From Bigelowiella natans CCMP2755 (taxonomy: Eukaryota > Protista > Cercozoa): 42,712 nucleotides of DNA. Made by a program: the position numbers and the translations under genes. The notes below the pieces were generated by a model. The model worked only from the letters and a program-made list of their open reading frames with translations, did no database searches and was not told the origin of the DNA. The DNA is taken from positions 1 through 42,712 of the forward strand of contig ADNK01001855.1 in the NCBI GenBank assembly GCA_000320545.1, in the 5' to 3' direction. Below are positions 27,228 to 42,500 of the stretch, piece after piece. Each line of letters starts with the position of its first letter. Positions within the stretch are counted from its first letter, which is position 1.

Positions 27228-29316
27228 AACTACTATTACTACTTGTTGTAAGTTAGATCTCCACAGTGTTTAATTATAGAGGAGAATAGAGACTTCTATG
27301 GTGATGGTGCCAAAATGATCAGGTCATTGATGTTTCTTACCCAAATAGGATCAAAACCTCTTGTATAGTTATTTTGAGGTCTCGCCAGAAATGAAGAAGT
27401 TAGGAGAAGAATGGAAACGTTACAATCAGCTCCAATGGTGAGAGCTAGTGAACTCAATATCATCAAATATGTAGTGGTGGTGTTGGTGGTGGTGGTGAGA
27501 GCTAGTGGACTCAATATCATCATCATTTATGTAGTGGTGATGGTGGTGGTGAGAGCTAGTGGACTCAATATCATCATCATTTATGTAGTGATGGTGTTGG
27601 TGGTGGTGAGAGCTAGTGGACTCAATATCATCATCATATATGTAGTGGTGTTGGTGGTGGTGAGAGCTAGTGGACTCAATATCATCATCAGATATGTAGT
27701 GGTGGTAGTATGTTCCTACAGGCGACTGGCACTTACTATCATTACACGAGCATTTCTCTTTTTCCAAAACTTCTTCTTCTTCTCCTTCTTCTTCTTCCTC
27801 TTGCAGTAAAGAGTGCAATAAGACAGGGGATGTGATAACAGCCTACAATTTCTCGACATGTATATACACATACCCCCCCCCCTTACTACAAGGCAGCTAT
27901 TAACAATCATAGATACACAAGCAAAATCAAAACTTTCTTCGGTAACCAACTTTTTTATTTTTCATTCTCGATAACTCTACTTTGATACTGTTTACTCAAC
28001 GCAACCACACACTACTACTACTACTATTACTACTACTAGTATAAATATGTGTCGATTATTCTTTTAAGGTGGGACTTGCTTTCGGAGAATGGCGGAAGAA
28101 GGTTAACGACAAAGCAGAGTTGTTATACTTGCTGTATATGACATTATGATTATGGAGCTCACAGATGATGTCCGTCTTGATCATAGTAACGCTAGTTATG
28201 TGTCAAATATAAGACGGTATTAATGATAACGATATCGTGTTGTGTGGTGCATCGTAGAAAATTGGTACTTTGGGTTGCGACAGTATCCATGGCAAGATGT
28301 GAAGGAATGGCTTATCTACAAGAACAAGTTAGCAGCACTGCGAAATGAAAAAAAGTTTATAAATCGCAGTCTTCTATTGTTTGATAATAAATTCAATGCA
28401 TTGCTACTTGTGCTGCAGGTATGAATTCGATTCTGATGAGCCTTCTGCGCCTACTAATGTAAGTTAAAGTTACATTAATCGGATCTGCTGTGATTATTTT
28501 CATAACGATTTCAAACAGACAAATGGTTACTACTATCACTACCGTATTGCCGCTGCTACTATTAGTAATAGTTTAGTATCACGTGTTCGTTCTACTATTT
28601 TCTATCTATTGACTATGCATGATGACCAATTGGTTAGATCACATGGTGGAATGAGCAAATGAGATATCGATCCAAAGAGTTGCAGGTAATATAGCACCTT
28701 TTTTTCTATATTCTCACTTAATGAAAAGAATTATATCCTAATTGGACGTTGGGTGTCGCCATCTATACTGCACTACTTCCATCACCATTTTGTGGCAAAG
28801 ATAGTAGCTGTTGAACAGTGTACTATTGCCGGATTGTCATGAAAAATCGCTTTCTTTATAATCTCCCACTCCCTCTTTCAATCTTCTCGTACGTTAACTT
28901 GGGTTTCGTCGTCATCGTTCATCGTTTTCATCATAAAAAATACAGCTCAAACTAGACCGCACTCGTGAGCTAGAGGAAAAGACTGGTGTAAAACTTGTGA
29001 AGGAGGGGAAACAAAAAATCGACTCAGATTCCAGAGTAATCGATAGTTTTTTTTTCGAATTCAACGCATCGGTGTCAGCCCCATACAAACTATAACGGTG
29101 TATTATTTGATGCATGATATGAAATTTCTGGGAGAAGCTCTCACCATGACCGTCGTTGTCTTTGTATGTTGACAGTTTGATCCAGTTACGCACTATGGGT
29201 TTGGACGGCTCAACCCCAAGCAAATGGACGATGACCTTGAGAAAGATTACGATGAAGATCCAGAGGAAGGACGCCTTCCCAATTACCTGCTAGAAGAGGA
29301 GTGGGCAAATATATAG
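25925..29316 (+). CDS. Hypothetical multi-exon protein with N-terminal hydrophobic leader and acidic C-terminus
   Basis: Exon 1 reads MMISSRLQAQRKQRCAVATIITIFIMFAITFMGGA. Internal segments include GYYDPREDEPFWNDW, YPWQDVKEWLIYK and LKLDRTRELEEKTGVKLVKEGK. The last exon ends DDDLEKDYDEDPEEGRLPNYLLEEEWANI*. No family recognised. Confidence 0.6.
27438..27708. repeat. Intronic minisatellite, 5 x about 54-57 bp, starting at a splice donor
   Basis: gtgagagctagtg(g/a)actcaatatcatca...tatgtagtg followed by a variable (gtg)n tract, five copies. Confidence 0.9.
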
Positions 29317-29469
29317 CCGGTTTGAGACTTCTAGACATTATCACTACCTCTCGATAAAATTTTCGGTTAGCGTCTATCTGTAACGCGCACATATGTAATT
29401 TCCCCCCAAATGCAGTAGATGGATCACAGAAACACACGAAAGATCAACTTCATTGCTGCCAGGCCACTC

Positions 29470-30340
29470 ACACGACTCCTGGAACCCAGTTAACATGTGC
29501 AGGTAGCTAGTACGTCTTGGCGCAGCATTAGCCAGGCCATTCCATGTTCGCTCTACGCTAGTGTGTCTAGACCAGTAGAGGCTGCTTGCATGCTACCGTG
29601 GCGGCATGAACATTCGACGTCGATAGACTTGTTAAACAGCATTGTGCCGCTACTATTGTACATTCAGCATTGTAATGCGCGAACGCGCGTCGTGCTAGCG
29701 CGTGTAGTAGATGTACACATAATAATGCAGCACTCATGCATGCTCCACAGCACATTTAGACGACATCGCTAAATCGCATAGCTGCTCTAGATCGAGGTCA
29801 GCCCGATCGATACGACATAGGCACGTATACGCGTGATTTACCCGTTGTATCGCCAAATAAATGTATGCCGCATATGCAGATCGAGACGTGCGACTGCCAT
29901 GCTAGCATGGCTAGCATAGATGTGGTCAATACATGGCCAACATGCTATAGCATGGAACAATGTGCTGTAGTTATAGTTGGCAATAGGATAATAGGATGAG
30001 CTGCTCATGCAGCCTTGCGTCGTCTTCTGACCGCTCGCCGGCCCGTCTTCTCTAGTTCCCCCACTACCTAGAGCATGCTAGCATGTCGCGCATGCAACAA
30101 TGTGTGAGCGCGTGCGATATAAGTGCATGTACGTAGCACATGCGCTACTAGCTCGGCTAATACGTCGACTGGTTACTAACTATTCAGCTGTATCACTAGA
30201 TGAGCAGCCTAGGTGACTACTCGATATCTCTAGATCACGATCTTGACGTCTCTAGGTCTCGATGGTATGGCATGTGCGAGATCACAAGGCATGCACAATG
30301 TCTAGATGTCTAGATGTGTCCATGCAAGCATGGTGCGGCA
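29470..30340. other. CTAG/CATG-rich intergenic island
   Basis: Lies between convergent gene ends. Rich in ctag, catg, tcga and cgcg; CpG is retained. Confidence 0.85.
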
Positions 30341-30399
30341 CCGGAGCACAGATGGCAAAAATATGTTCGATCGCGAGGTCGTTTCGTTTGCATAAAATT

Positions 30400-32312
30400 T
30401 ATTGATCCTGCACATAGTCAACTGCCGATCTCTTTGGACATGGTGCTGAAGTCTTGCACTCACTCATTCGAAATTCATGAGAGTTGTATGAAATGCTTGC
30501 TTCGATCCCTTTCCATTGTGTCTCTTAAAATACATCCACATGTAAGTTGTGATTGCAAGACAGTTATATTTCATTTTACCTTCAACTTCTTGTTGATTTT
30601 GAGGCAATCCTTAATTTCCCTCATCATGTCCTCATCTGATCCTGGGTTCTTTAGAACTGCCAACTTCAGAAGGGAGGTGTTCTCACCGAGAGCTCTGGAA
30701 ATCATGTGCTCATTAATGACAAAATTCGATGAAATGGATATTCATGTCAACCTTTTGAGTTGAGACATCCCCGCTCGGGTAATTTTGTTTTCCTGTAGCC
30801 CAATTTCTCTCAGTGAAGAATTTTTTCGGATCGTGTTTGATATTGCACGCACGCCTTCATCTCCTGAAGCAAACTGTGTTAAATCTTGCTTCCATCAAAA
30901 TTGAATAAATCACCTATGTGGTTTTCGTCAACATCCAAAATTTTGAGATTCTTGTTTTCGATAAGAGCTTCTGCAAGGTGACATGCACCAACATCTCCGA
31001 TACTATTGTCGTCCAAACCAAGGCACTCGAGTTTTGTATTTGAACGGAGACCACGAGACAACACGATCGCACCATTATCTAAATTGGGTGTATCTTAAAA
31101 ATCGCAAAGAAGTCGACGGAAGGTTTTAAATCTACCAGAAATCTTATTCTTTCCTAACAGGAGGACTCTCAAATTGCAACCCGATTGCAACGAGTTGGCA
31201 AGTGCTCTACATGACTTCAAGGATAATTGGTTGCAATATATGTACAATTCCTAAAAACAACATACTAAAGTTTGACAGGGTAAGAATGAGAAACTATTCG
31301 CAAGTCGTGACCTTCGCTAGGCTTCCTTCCAAAGACATCAGAATTTCTCCTCCCGTATCGTCGCTAATTCTTTTCCCTGAGAGATCCACCTAAATAGTTC
31401 CGCACGCTTTCAGGTCAAGTTTAATCTTCATATACTCCAAACCACCCGTGTTCTTTGCAGCTGAAGAATATATCTATCCCTTGTGCTCTGGGATTTGCCC
31501 TCCTCGGAGACAAACTTTTGGTTGCCATCGACAATGTCTCCTTTGTTGAGGACAAAATTTTTATTTTTCCTTTCTTCTGACGAGGACGCGGTTGATGTCG
31601 CTTTTATACTCCGCTTGACCTACGAAGCAAAGAGTTACACATTGATCTGCCGCAATTTCATCAATGCCATGTCCTAACCTTCAATTTAGGCGCAGGAACA
31701 AATCTTTTTAGTGAGTTTCTTGGACTCATATGAGAAAGTTCACCACGATATCTCAGATTTGAGGTAGAAGATAATAGGGTTTGATCATCCGGTCTTGACG
31801 AGACGCTGGAATTCCTTTTCGAGTTGATGGGGCATTCTTCTAACAGGAAAACAAAACGTCAGATTAGGAAGAGATGGGTGAGCAATTACAAACTTTTTCT
31901 CGCCAGAAGCTTTGGATCCGATGGAATTCTTTTCGTGTTCCTCTTCGATGAAGTTGAGCCAGATGGCATCATCACGGGTGATGTTGTTACTCTTTTCGTT
32001 CCATTTAAGGATCGCTTTACAAGATTTGTAGTAATCCCACGTAGCATAGGTGGAATTCGTCTTTGAATAATCTTGCGAGGTCTTGGGGTTTTGCGTTTCT
32101 CACTTGTGTCACAAGATTTCGGAAGCTTCCCTATTTTCTGTAGGAAAAAGGTAGGATCGAAAACGTTTTAGGCAACCCAAAAACGTGCTCTCATAACAGT
32201 AAGAATGTGGAGGAAAGGGTAATCTTCACACCTGAAGAGAGAGATCTTTGGTTTCATGTTTGTTTTTGCGGATTTGGCGCGGTTTTCGCGAAGCGTATCT
32301 CTTGAACATCAT
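30400..32312 (-). CDS. Leucine-rich repeat protein (ribonuclease-inhibitor-like 28-aa LRRs) with basic low-complexity N-terminus; ends approximate
   Basis: LRVLLLGKNKIS|DNGAIVLSRGLRSNTKLECLGLDDNSIGDVGACHLAEALIENKNLKILDVDENHI|GDEGVRAISNTIRKNSSLREIGLQENKIT. Confidence 0.85.
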
Positions 32313-32501
32313 CAAAACACTGAGCAGGTCATATGTGACGGACTGAATAAGTACACCAAAGGAGAATACTTCCACAAATTTTCGAGTGTTATTCTCCGTT
32401 ACGATTTTTTGCGTTTAACAATAGTAATTTAAAAAAGGGTGGCAGAACTCTCAATCAGCAAAATTTAATGACATGGAAAACAGCCCGCCTTGAAAGAGGC
32501 A

Positions 32502-32552
32502 AAGGCAGAGGCAGAGGCAGGGGCAGAGGCAGAGGCAGAGGCAGAGGCAGAG
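32502..32552. repeat. (GCAGAG)n hexanucleotide repeat in the divergent LRR/Rab4 intergenic region
   Basis: ggcagaggcagaggcagggcagaggcagag... about 8 units. Confidence 0.9.
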
Positions 32553-33156
32553 GGATTATAGAGGCAATGAGTAATCGCTTAGAATTGAACTAATTATGTT
32601 TATGATCCCACATACAAAGAGTTGTAAATTCTATCAGTCGAGTTGCTTGCTTCCACGATGATGGACCACACCTGCAATCCTGCAATCGATCCGGAAGATG
32701 TTGGCGCGGTTTATCCAACGTCACAAATCCATTATAATATATCCTTACGACAAAGGTGGCAACCAGAAAAACAAAGAAAATCTCTCAGAACAATCCGACT
32801 GTTGTCGTAACCTGGAACTAGATACATTACGACATGGCATTAGGACTGTCGATGTATTGTAATTGAAGAATAATTTTTCATTTTGTTCTGGATCCCGCGC
32901 AAACTGCTCGAAGTGGCGGGAATCTGTATCTTTTCTGTGGTAAGAAATTTAAAATTCCATTTTATTTTGGAGAAATCGAGCACATTGTAAAAGTCGTTTG
33001 TACGAAATTGATTGCTTTATGAAAGTATGACATTCGACGTTTTCGAAGTGATTACATTCCAGATATGCGTCAAGCATTATAGCGCATCTCATTATAAAAA
33101 ATAAAGGAGAATATTTATCAGGAAAATAAAAAAGAGAACGAACGACGAAAAGAATA

Positions 33157-34194
<1,038 letters not shown>

Positions 34195-34289
34195 CAACTC
34201 ATCCTCATTCATAGCCTGGACTCACCACCAACCAAAGGGCAAGCCTAACATGCACAGGCCAGAGCACTTGCCATGATGTATTTAATGCG

Positions 34290-35320
34290 AGCTGGGTCTC
34301 TCGCTAGACACCCAACATCATTGATTGTACATTGATCATGTTAGTATAGCGGCTGTTCACATTCATTGAAGAGCAAACGCGCAAGCAGAGCAAACGCGCA
34401 AGAGAGAGCGTCATTTGTATATATTTGCACAGCATGAGAGCTGGTCGCAGTCATGTACGTACGTACCGTCGCGCGCCCGCCAGTCCGCTTCGATGCTCGT
34501 GATGCTCATTTAGTTGCAAGTGCCAACTTCCCAAGCTGGCAAGCCGCCTAGAAGCGCGCAACGCCTTGTCGCACCGCAAAGAGCTATGGAGAGGTCTACT
34601 AGAAATGTGTGTTGTGCAAGTAACAATAATGACAAAATTGTCATGACCGCCATCATGGCGGCATGGCACATGGCACATGGCATGCGATGCTTGCTAGCTT
34701 GTGAACATGCCCATCTCTAGATCTCAACGCGCTAGAACGCGATGCGCTGCTGTGCTGCTGCATCACTGTTAGACTAGATTGTGCTACTGCTAGACTGCAT
34801 GTGGCATCACACGTGTTTTTTGCACATCATCTCTAGATCTATAATGATAGACATGCAATACACTATATATATAATACTGTGTCTATTATTATAGTCATGT
34901 TGTCACATGCATGACTGTGCATTGCTTGCAAGATTGTGGGCCATGGTGGGCTAGCAAGCTAGTGGGGGGAAGGGTTCAGTGTGTGCACATGCTGCATGCA
35001 TGCTCATGTGCTAGCTAGCTAGCATGATCTGATGATGCAGCGCTACGCGTTGCTAACAAGCTAGCTAGCTGTGTATGCATGATCTAGTGATGAATTGCAT
35101 GGTTTTCATGCATGCATTGCTTGTGCAGAAAATTGCGAAGAACGCTAGCAGGGCTAGAAGGCGGTTCGCTACAAATGTATGGAGCTAACCACACCATCAG
35201 TAGACTTGGCAAATGAGTATTTAGCTGCACTGCATGGCGGAGTAATTGGAAGAAAAGTTGATCGAAGTTGCTAGAATGGCAGAGAGCAAGCTCATGCAGC
35301 TCATCACTAAGTTTCTCATC
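34290..35320. other. CTAG/CATG-rich intergenic island
   Basis: Lies between the convergent Rab4 and kinase 3' ends; (ctag)n and (catg)n runs. Confidence 0.85.
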
Positions 35321-35455
35321 CACTCAACATCATCTTCATCACGTAGGACACACACTGAAGTACTTAAAGTAGCTTGGTGTACGTGTTGTGCGCTTAGCGT
35401 TTATATTTATCTCGATTGTTGGAATACATCGTGAATAACATCACCAGTTGGATGC

Positions 35456-35579
35456 TTATGTACGTGCTAAATAAGGTGATTCTTCGTCATAACTAAATCC
35501 ATGAAACATACCAGATCCTTCTGCATATAAATAATGACGATTCCCATATCAGTGAATGAATAAGAGAAAGAAATAGAGA

Positions 35580-35620
<41 letters not shown>

Positions 35621-36430
35621 TAGAGAGAAAATTGATTAAAATTATATGTAGCTGTACGAGGATGAAATACTGTCAAGAATGCAAACGCACAGACAACAGT
35701 AATGGCTATTGCATGCACTACGCCAACATACATATCTCTGTGCTTCTTCTTCTTCTTCTTCTCCTCCTCCTCCTCATCCTTATCGTCCGTACAAATAACT
35801 ACTGCTTCTGCTACTACTACTACTACTACTACTACTAGTGCTAGTGTTAATTCACTCACTCACCATTAGGATCTGGATATTCTGAGTCAGAATCTACAAT
35901 TGGTTCACCTGTTATTATATCGATCAATCAATCAATCAAACAACCAACCAACCATGTGTTTTATCACAGCACATCATGATTCCTTAAAGTAGTGGTATGT
36001 ATCATCCTAGTATACGTAAATCAGTTGTCAACTTCTTCTTATTCTGACTATTGATCAGAATCTACTCTTTCTATCAGCATTGGTAATTGGTAATATTGCC
36101 AATGCTGAATATTATATAAACAGTTAACCATCGTCATTCATTATCATTGTCGTTATATCTCTCATCCTCTCCTAGTTATATTAATTTACGGGTAAATTCT
36201 GGGTCAAAGTTGGAGACATCTGTAGCATTCCTCAACTGCAAACAACAAAATGACCATCATCATCAGAATAAAAATTTACTTTACTTCGTTATTCGTTGGT
36301 GGTGTACGAGCTTTCTTCTCGCACAACAGAAGTAATTTAACATATCTTACAACGCCTTGAAAAACAACATTAATGCAAGTAGTAGTATCTTTAAAAGTTA
36401 TTATTAACAAGTTGGTAATAATAAGAATAA

Positions 36431-36468
<38 letters not shown>

Positions 36469-36920
36469 TTACTTACTTTGGGTATGAACGGAGGAATAAG
36501 GCCTTTTTTGTCTACAATACTCCAATTAACTCCATCAAAGAAATCATGTTTCTTAATATCCTCAGCCCCCTAAACATGGTGATAATAATGCAATGAGATG
36601 ATGATGATGATAACGACGATATGATGAATGCAAGATACAACCTTTTGTCCACATCCAAGCCTTCTTTTTAGATTCCTTCGTAAAAGACCCTGTAGTCGGT
36701 CGGTCGGTGATCGTGATATATTTATTAAATAATGTTGTTCTTGTGTTGTTGTTGTTGTTGTTGTTGATACAGAGCGTAATAAGATGCTATAGATATGGCA
36801 ACAATTGTTCTAAAATAGCTATTCTCGTACACGTTGTCTCCAAATCGATTTATATCATCCCACTACTAACGATCGATCTCTCTATGAATGACTACGAATG
36901 TTACTACGCACAAATGCAAA

Positions 36921-36957
<37 letters not shown>

Positions 36958-37429
36958 GTAAAAGCAATCTGAGATCAAAGTCAAAAAACTTTGGAAATCG
37001 TAGCTTATGATGGCAGATAGAATATTGTGTTCCCTTACGAAACAAAACAACAAACACACATTATTGATCTATCAACATCATGCACATATTGATCAACTAC
37101 ATTGTGCTGCTGCTGCTAGTTGATTAATGCATTGATGTTAGTATAAATAATGGACAAATAATCAAATAACAGGCAGCAATCGAAGGAGTTGTAAAAATAT
37201 AGATAAAAGACGAACAATCAATACATCAATCAACCAATGAAAGATCAGCATCTGATAGCACCTTTCTGTTGGCGCCTTGAAAGGGCATTCTTCCCACCGC
37301 AACTTCAAAGATAAGCACTCCTAAAGCCCACCAATCAGCCCCTTGTCCATGTCCTGTCTTTTGGATCACTTCAGGTGCCATGTAATCTATTGTACCGCAA
37401 AAGCTATAGAACAACAACAAGAACAACAA

Positions 37430-37463
<34 letters not shown>

Positions 37464-37721
37464 GGGAAAAGGAGAAAAGAAGAAAAGATTAAGAAGAATA
37501 ATATAGAGAAAACATCATAGCAGCAGGGCATTCTCCAGCTGCTGCTGCTGCTGTTGTGTTTCCATCTTTTTCTTCTTCGTTATAGTAGAAGAAGAAGAAG
37601 AAGAAGAAGAAGAAGGATAAGTATGTAAGTTATGTACCTCCTCGTCTTGCCGTCTCCATCTATATCAGTCTTTGCAAATCCGAAGTCAGTCAGAGCAATA
37701 TGTCCTACCGACCAATAGCAT

Positions 37722-37756
<35 letters not shown>

Positions 37757-38368
37757 GAAACAGCATTATCAGTCAACATGATTATTATCAGCATTATGAA
37801 CATCCATGGGCACCAGCATCTATATTATTATTATTTATTATTATTATTATTATTAGTAGTAGTAGTAGTACCGTCTGAGTGAAGCAGGATGTTTTCTGGC
37901 TTTAAGTCTCTGTAAATGATATTTAAGGAGTGCAAGTGGGCAAGAGCTACGACCTGAGGATGAGGAGGATGAGGAGGAGAAGAAGGAGAAGAAGAAGAAG
38001 AAATAAGAGGACCAAACATACACACACACATATACACACACCGCCACCACCATATTGCATTGTCATTTTGTTATCGTAGTATTGTTGATGATGTAGACGG
38101 GAGGAGGAGGAGGAGGAGGAGGAGGAGGAACATTACCAGCTCTGCAGCGTAAAATCGGGTATCTTTGACCGAGAGCTCATGCTTGTTTGATAATAAGCCT
38201 GTTGATGTTGTTGTTGTTTTTGATATTGTTGTTTTTTTTGTTGTTAAGATTGTCTGTGTGATATATGTATGAAATATCAAACGATTGCTGTAGCAGTAGT
38301 GGTGGTAAGGAGGGGAGAACAATATACACTACTACTCTTTCTATCTTTCTATTTTAATCATCATCATC

Positions 38369-38403
<35 letters not shown>

Positions 38404-38821
38404 CGATAAGCCTATAATGATAACAAATATATTCAGCACCTATTCAACCTTTATACCTATGGTTCAAGTGTCTCCTCTCTCTCTCTCTCTCTCTCTCTCT
38501 ATTTTGTTGTTGTTGATACTGGTGTTCTCTCATAGTACGTACTGAATAGTTCTCCACCAGGAATGTAATCCATCACCTGATGTTATTAGTTGGACAACAA
38601 CAACAATAATAAAGAAGAAGAAGAAGAAGAGGAGGAGGAGGAGGAAAAGAAAGAAAGAAAGTAAGCAAGCAAGCAGCTCCTCACATAATGATAATTGTAG
38701 CTGCTGCTGCTGCTACTACTACTATTACTACTTAGTAATAAGCAGCAGCACGTTGATCATGATATTTGATCATCGTGCACGATTACAACTGTCTAACCTG
38801 CTACCACCACCACCACCACCC

Positions 38822-38857
<36 letters not shown>

Positions 38858-39242
38858 ACTCCAGCTACTACTACCATAGTATTATTATTATTATTATTAG
38901 TAGTAGTAGTAGTACCATGTAAAGCTTTGCTGGTGTTTGAAAGGCGTATCTGAGGGCTACTAAAAAGGGATGATCCACTGTTTCTAGCACCTAAATTATT
39001 GAATGTTGATTACTATTTTAGACGATAGAAAAGGAGGAAGAAATATGTCGGTCGACACACGACAACGATGATGATGATGATGATTGTATTGAGATTGGTT
39101 AATGTGTAGTAGTAGTAGTAATAAGTAGTAACACCTTTCTTTCCAGTTGAATGTTGTCGACAACGTCTCGTTTGACGATTTCATCTTTTCGTAGCACCTA
39201 TAGGTCATAATATTGCACAAGTAAATATCATAATCACAGAAC

Positions 39243-39279
<37 letters not shown>

Positions 39280-39656
39280 GATTCAATCATCGATTTCTTG
39301 TTCACATTATCCCTCCCCCTCCTCTTTCTAACCTTCATCGCAAATAAAGTCTTCAGCTTGTTATGTTTGACTAAAAATACCTAAGGGGGGGGGGGGAGGG
39401 GGAAGAATGCTTTCGCATGAACGATTGTTATCAAACCAGTAATAAGCAAAAAAGCAAGCTGAAAGGTGCAGATGATGAGCAGACAATGATATAATACGAT
39501 GATGATAGATGATGATAATGATGATGATATCAATCAATCAATCATGAGCTACCTTTCCATAAGAACCTCTCCCCACAACAGATTCTAATGTAAAATCTGC
39601 AAGAGAAGTCTTTCGTCGCTGATAATGATAATCGTAGGGGTGTGGGGAGGGGATAG

Positions 39657-39687
<31 letters not shown>

Positions 39688-39734
39688 CGTCTTAAAGATA
39701 GAAGGATTATGGATATGGATCATTGTCGCATTAG

Positions 39735-39767
<33 letters not shown>

Positions 39768-39878
39768 GAGTCATGAAATAATCGTAAATTGATGATGATG
39801 ATGATGATGATATATGCAATGTATTAATTATTAAAAGCAGCAGTAAATACCACTACTCATGGAGTGACTAGCACTGCA

Positions 39879-39915
<37 letters not shown>

Positions 39916-39975
39916 ATAGTAGCATGTTGCTTGTAACATAATCTAGTAGAAGTAGTAGTAGTAGAAGTAGTAGTA

Positions 39976-40008
<33 letters not shown>

Positions 40009-40053
40009 ATAGTAGCATGTTGCTTGTAACATAATCTAGTAGAAGTAGTAGTA

Positions 40054-40090
<37 letters not shown>

Positions 40091-41516
40091 GTCCTTGCAT
40101 AATTGTTTGTTCATCTTTTTTGTACGCTGTATTACTATTATTCTTATTATTCTTATTGTTATTGTTCTCATCATCTTGTTGCTGCTGCAAATTAGTAGTA
40201 GTAATACCTGAGGAACAACCCATTTGCCAACCGATTGTTGTTGTTGTTGTTGTTGTTGTAATGATGATGATGATGATGATTCTCCTCCTGCAGTTTCTTC
40301 TCGATGTTGTTTCAGCTTCACCTCCTGATGGTTATGTACTTATCAGTTTTTTTTGTTTAATAATATATCATAATCATCATCATCATCATTATCATCACTA
40401 TTATTAATACTTACTGTGTTTATTCGCTGCTGTCTTTCTTTGCCTTCTTCCTCTTTCACATCTTTTCCATGGTAACATTAGTAGTAGCAGCCGTAGTGAG
40501 GGTGAGAGGGTGAGGGTGAGGTTGAGGAGGAGGAGGAGAAGGAGGAGGAGGAGGAGGGGGATTAATTCGTAGTAGGATAAGTATTAATTGTTGGTGAGAT
40601 GTTGACCAATGTTACATATATTTAAATATGTATCATTTTCAGAAGAGTTCTACTTACTATTATTGTTATTATTCTTATTATTTGTTTATATCACTCTCTC
40701 TTTCCTCCTTGAGTTGATGTTGTTCTTGTTCTTGTCCTCCTCCTCCTCCTCCTCCTGCTACTGTTTTATATATCTGGCTATTACTTGCTGCTTTGTTTTG
40801 GTTGATGGCACTTGTACTATCCACAGTGATGATCATACTACTGCTACTAGCACTAGTAATATCACATTGATTATTACCCTTGATGGCCTTTGTCTTCTTC
40901 GTCGTATGCTGTATAACTCGCCCTCCTGAAGGAGAACCTCGATCTTTTTCTTGTTCTCTTTCTTCTTCTTGATCTTCCTCTGCCTGGACCTTTCTTTGAC
41001 CTCTATTGCCACCATCATCACCTCGTAGTAGTAGCTCCTTTCCATCTCCTCCTCGTTGAGATAACAATGAGACGTGAGAAGGATGATGATGATGACGATG
41101 ATCCTCACCCCCCTTCCTCTTTGAAATTTGCTTCTTCTGTGATACGACAATTCCACCATTGTTGTTTGTCTTATCCCCCCCCTTCTTAGCAGCAGCATTG
41201 CTACTACTACTATCGTCTACTGATGCTCCAAATGAAGGATTGATCAATATATTGCTACTTGTTTCCCTGATGATGATGATGAAAGGAGTATAAGTTAGGG
41301 ATGTATAAATAAATACTACACCGTGGAAAATTTGTTTGTAGTTGGGATAGATGAGTCAGTATTGAGCTTACTTATATACTATAACAAACAGCTGATAATG
41401 AGTGAGCAAGAAGTAGCAATGAATCACACCACCAGCATTGGACATCATAAGATAATATTATAATACTACTACTAATAATAATATTAACCATATTCTATTC
41501 TCTCATATCATTTTCG

Positions 41517-41555
<39 letters not shown>

Positions 41556-41564
41556 AATGTTTAC

Positions 41565-41597
<33 letters not shown>

Positions 41598-42414
41598 TGT
41601 AAGGAAAATCTACTACTACCTTGCCATATCGATAATTTCCACATGATGATGTTTTACATGGTTAATACTGCTACTACTATCATCGTTTATTGCGCCTCCT
41701 CCTGCTCCTTCTGCTGCTGTTACTACCACACCTTCTCCTTCTACCACTGTCATCATTATAAGAAATAAATGACGGGGAGGAGGAGGAGGAGGAAACAAGA
41801 AGAAGTAATGAGTGCGTGTGTGAGAGACTTAAATGGATCGCTTGATTGATGGTAGACAACTATGATGATGATGATGATGATAACGACAATAATAGGGTAT
41901 CATTCAAGATGTCAACAGGAAGGTGGTCAGTCAGCAGAGAAGTTGTCTGTGTTCTCATATCAATGGATAAATAAATCAATCAATTCTGAACGTGTTGTTA
42001 CTACCATCATTATCATCATCATCATTATCATCACAACTCAATATACCTCTTCCTCCTCCTCCTCCACCTCCTCCTCCTTTTGCTTCTCCAAGTGAAGATG
42101 CAAGATGCTGACGCTGCTGCTGTATTGAATGAATACCCTTGCTACTGCTATTTTTGAAGTCAAAACCGCCCCCCCCAGATAATACTGAGGAACTTGGTGT
42201 TGTATTAAATCCTTTAGTAGGAAGAGGGGGAGGGGGAGAATGATGATAAAGAAACAAAACAGACAAGAAAATGAATATTACAGTAGCGTATGATCATGGA
42301 TATGAACAGGCAGCATTTGAGGAGGACAAGCATTATTTCGTAATGCTACCTAGTATATACATTCCTCACACACACAAGCAGCATTTCGTAATACTACGTA
42401 GTATATACACCCCT

Positions 42415-42500
<86 letters not shown>

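Noticed and set aside
27438-27708. Repeat with variable spacers as a CRISPR array
   Set aside because: The variable parts are (GTG)n slippage variants, not unique spacers.
28912-29437. Minus-strand ORFs as a separate gene
   Set aside because: They overlap plus-strand exons with proper splice sites that end at 29316.
39831-40407. Poly-Leu/Thr/Val ORFs as membrane or mucin proteins (also at 3392, 33564, 38753)
   Set aside because: Translations of intronic trinucleotide microsatellites.
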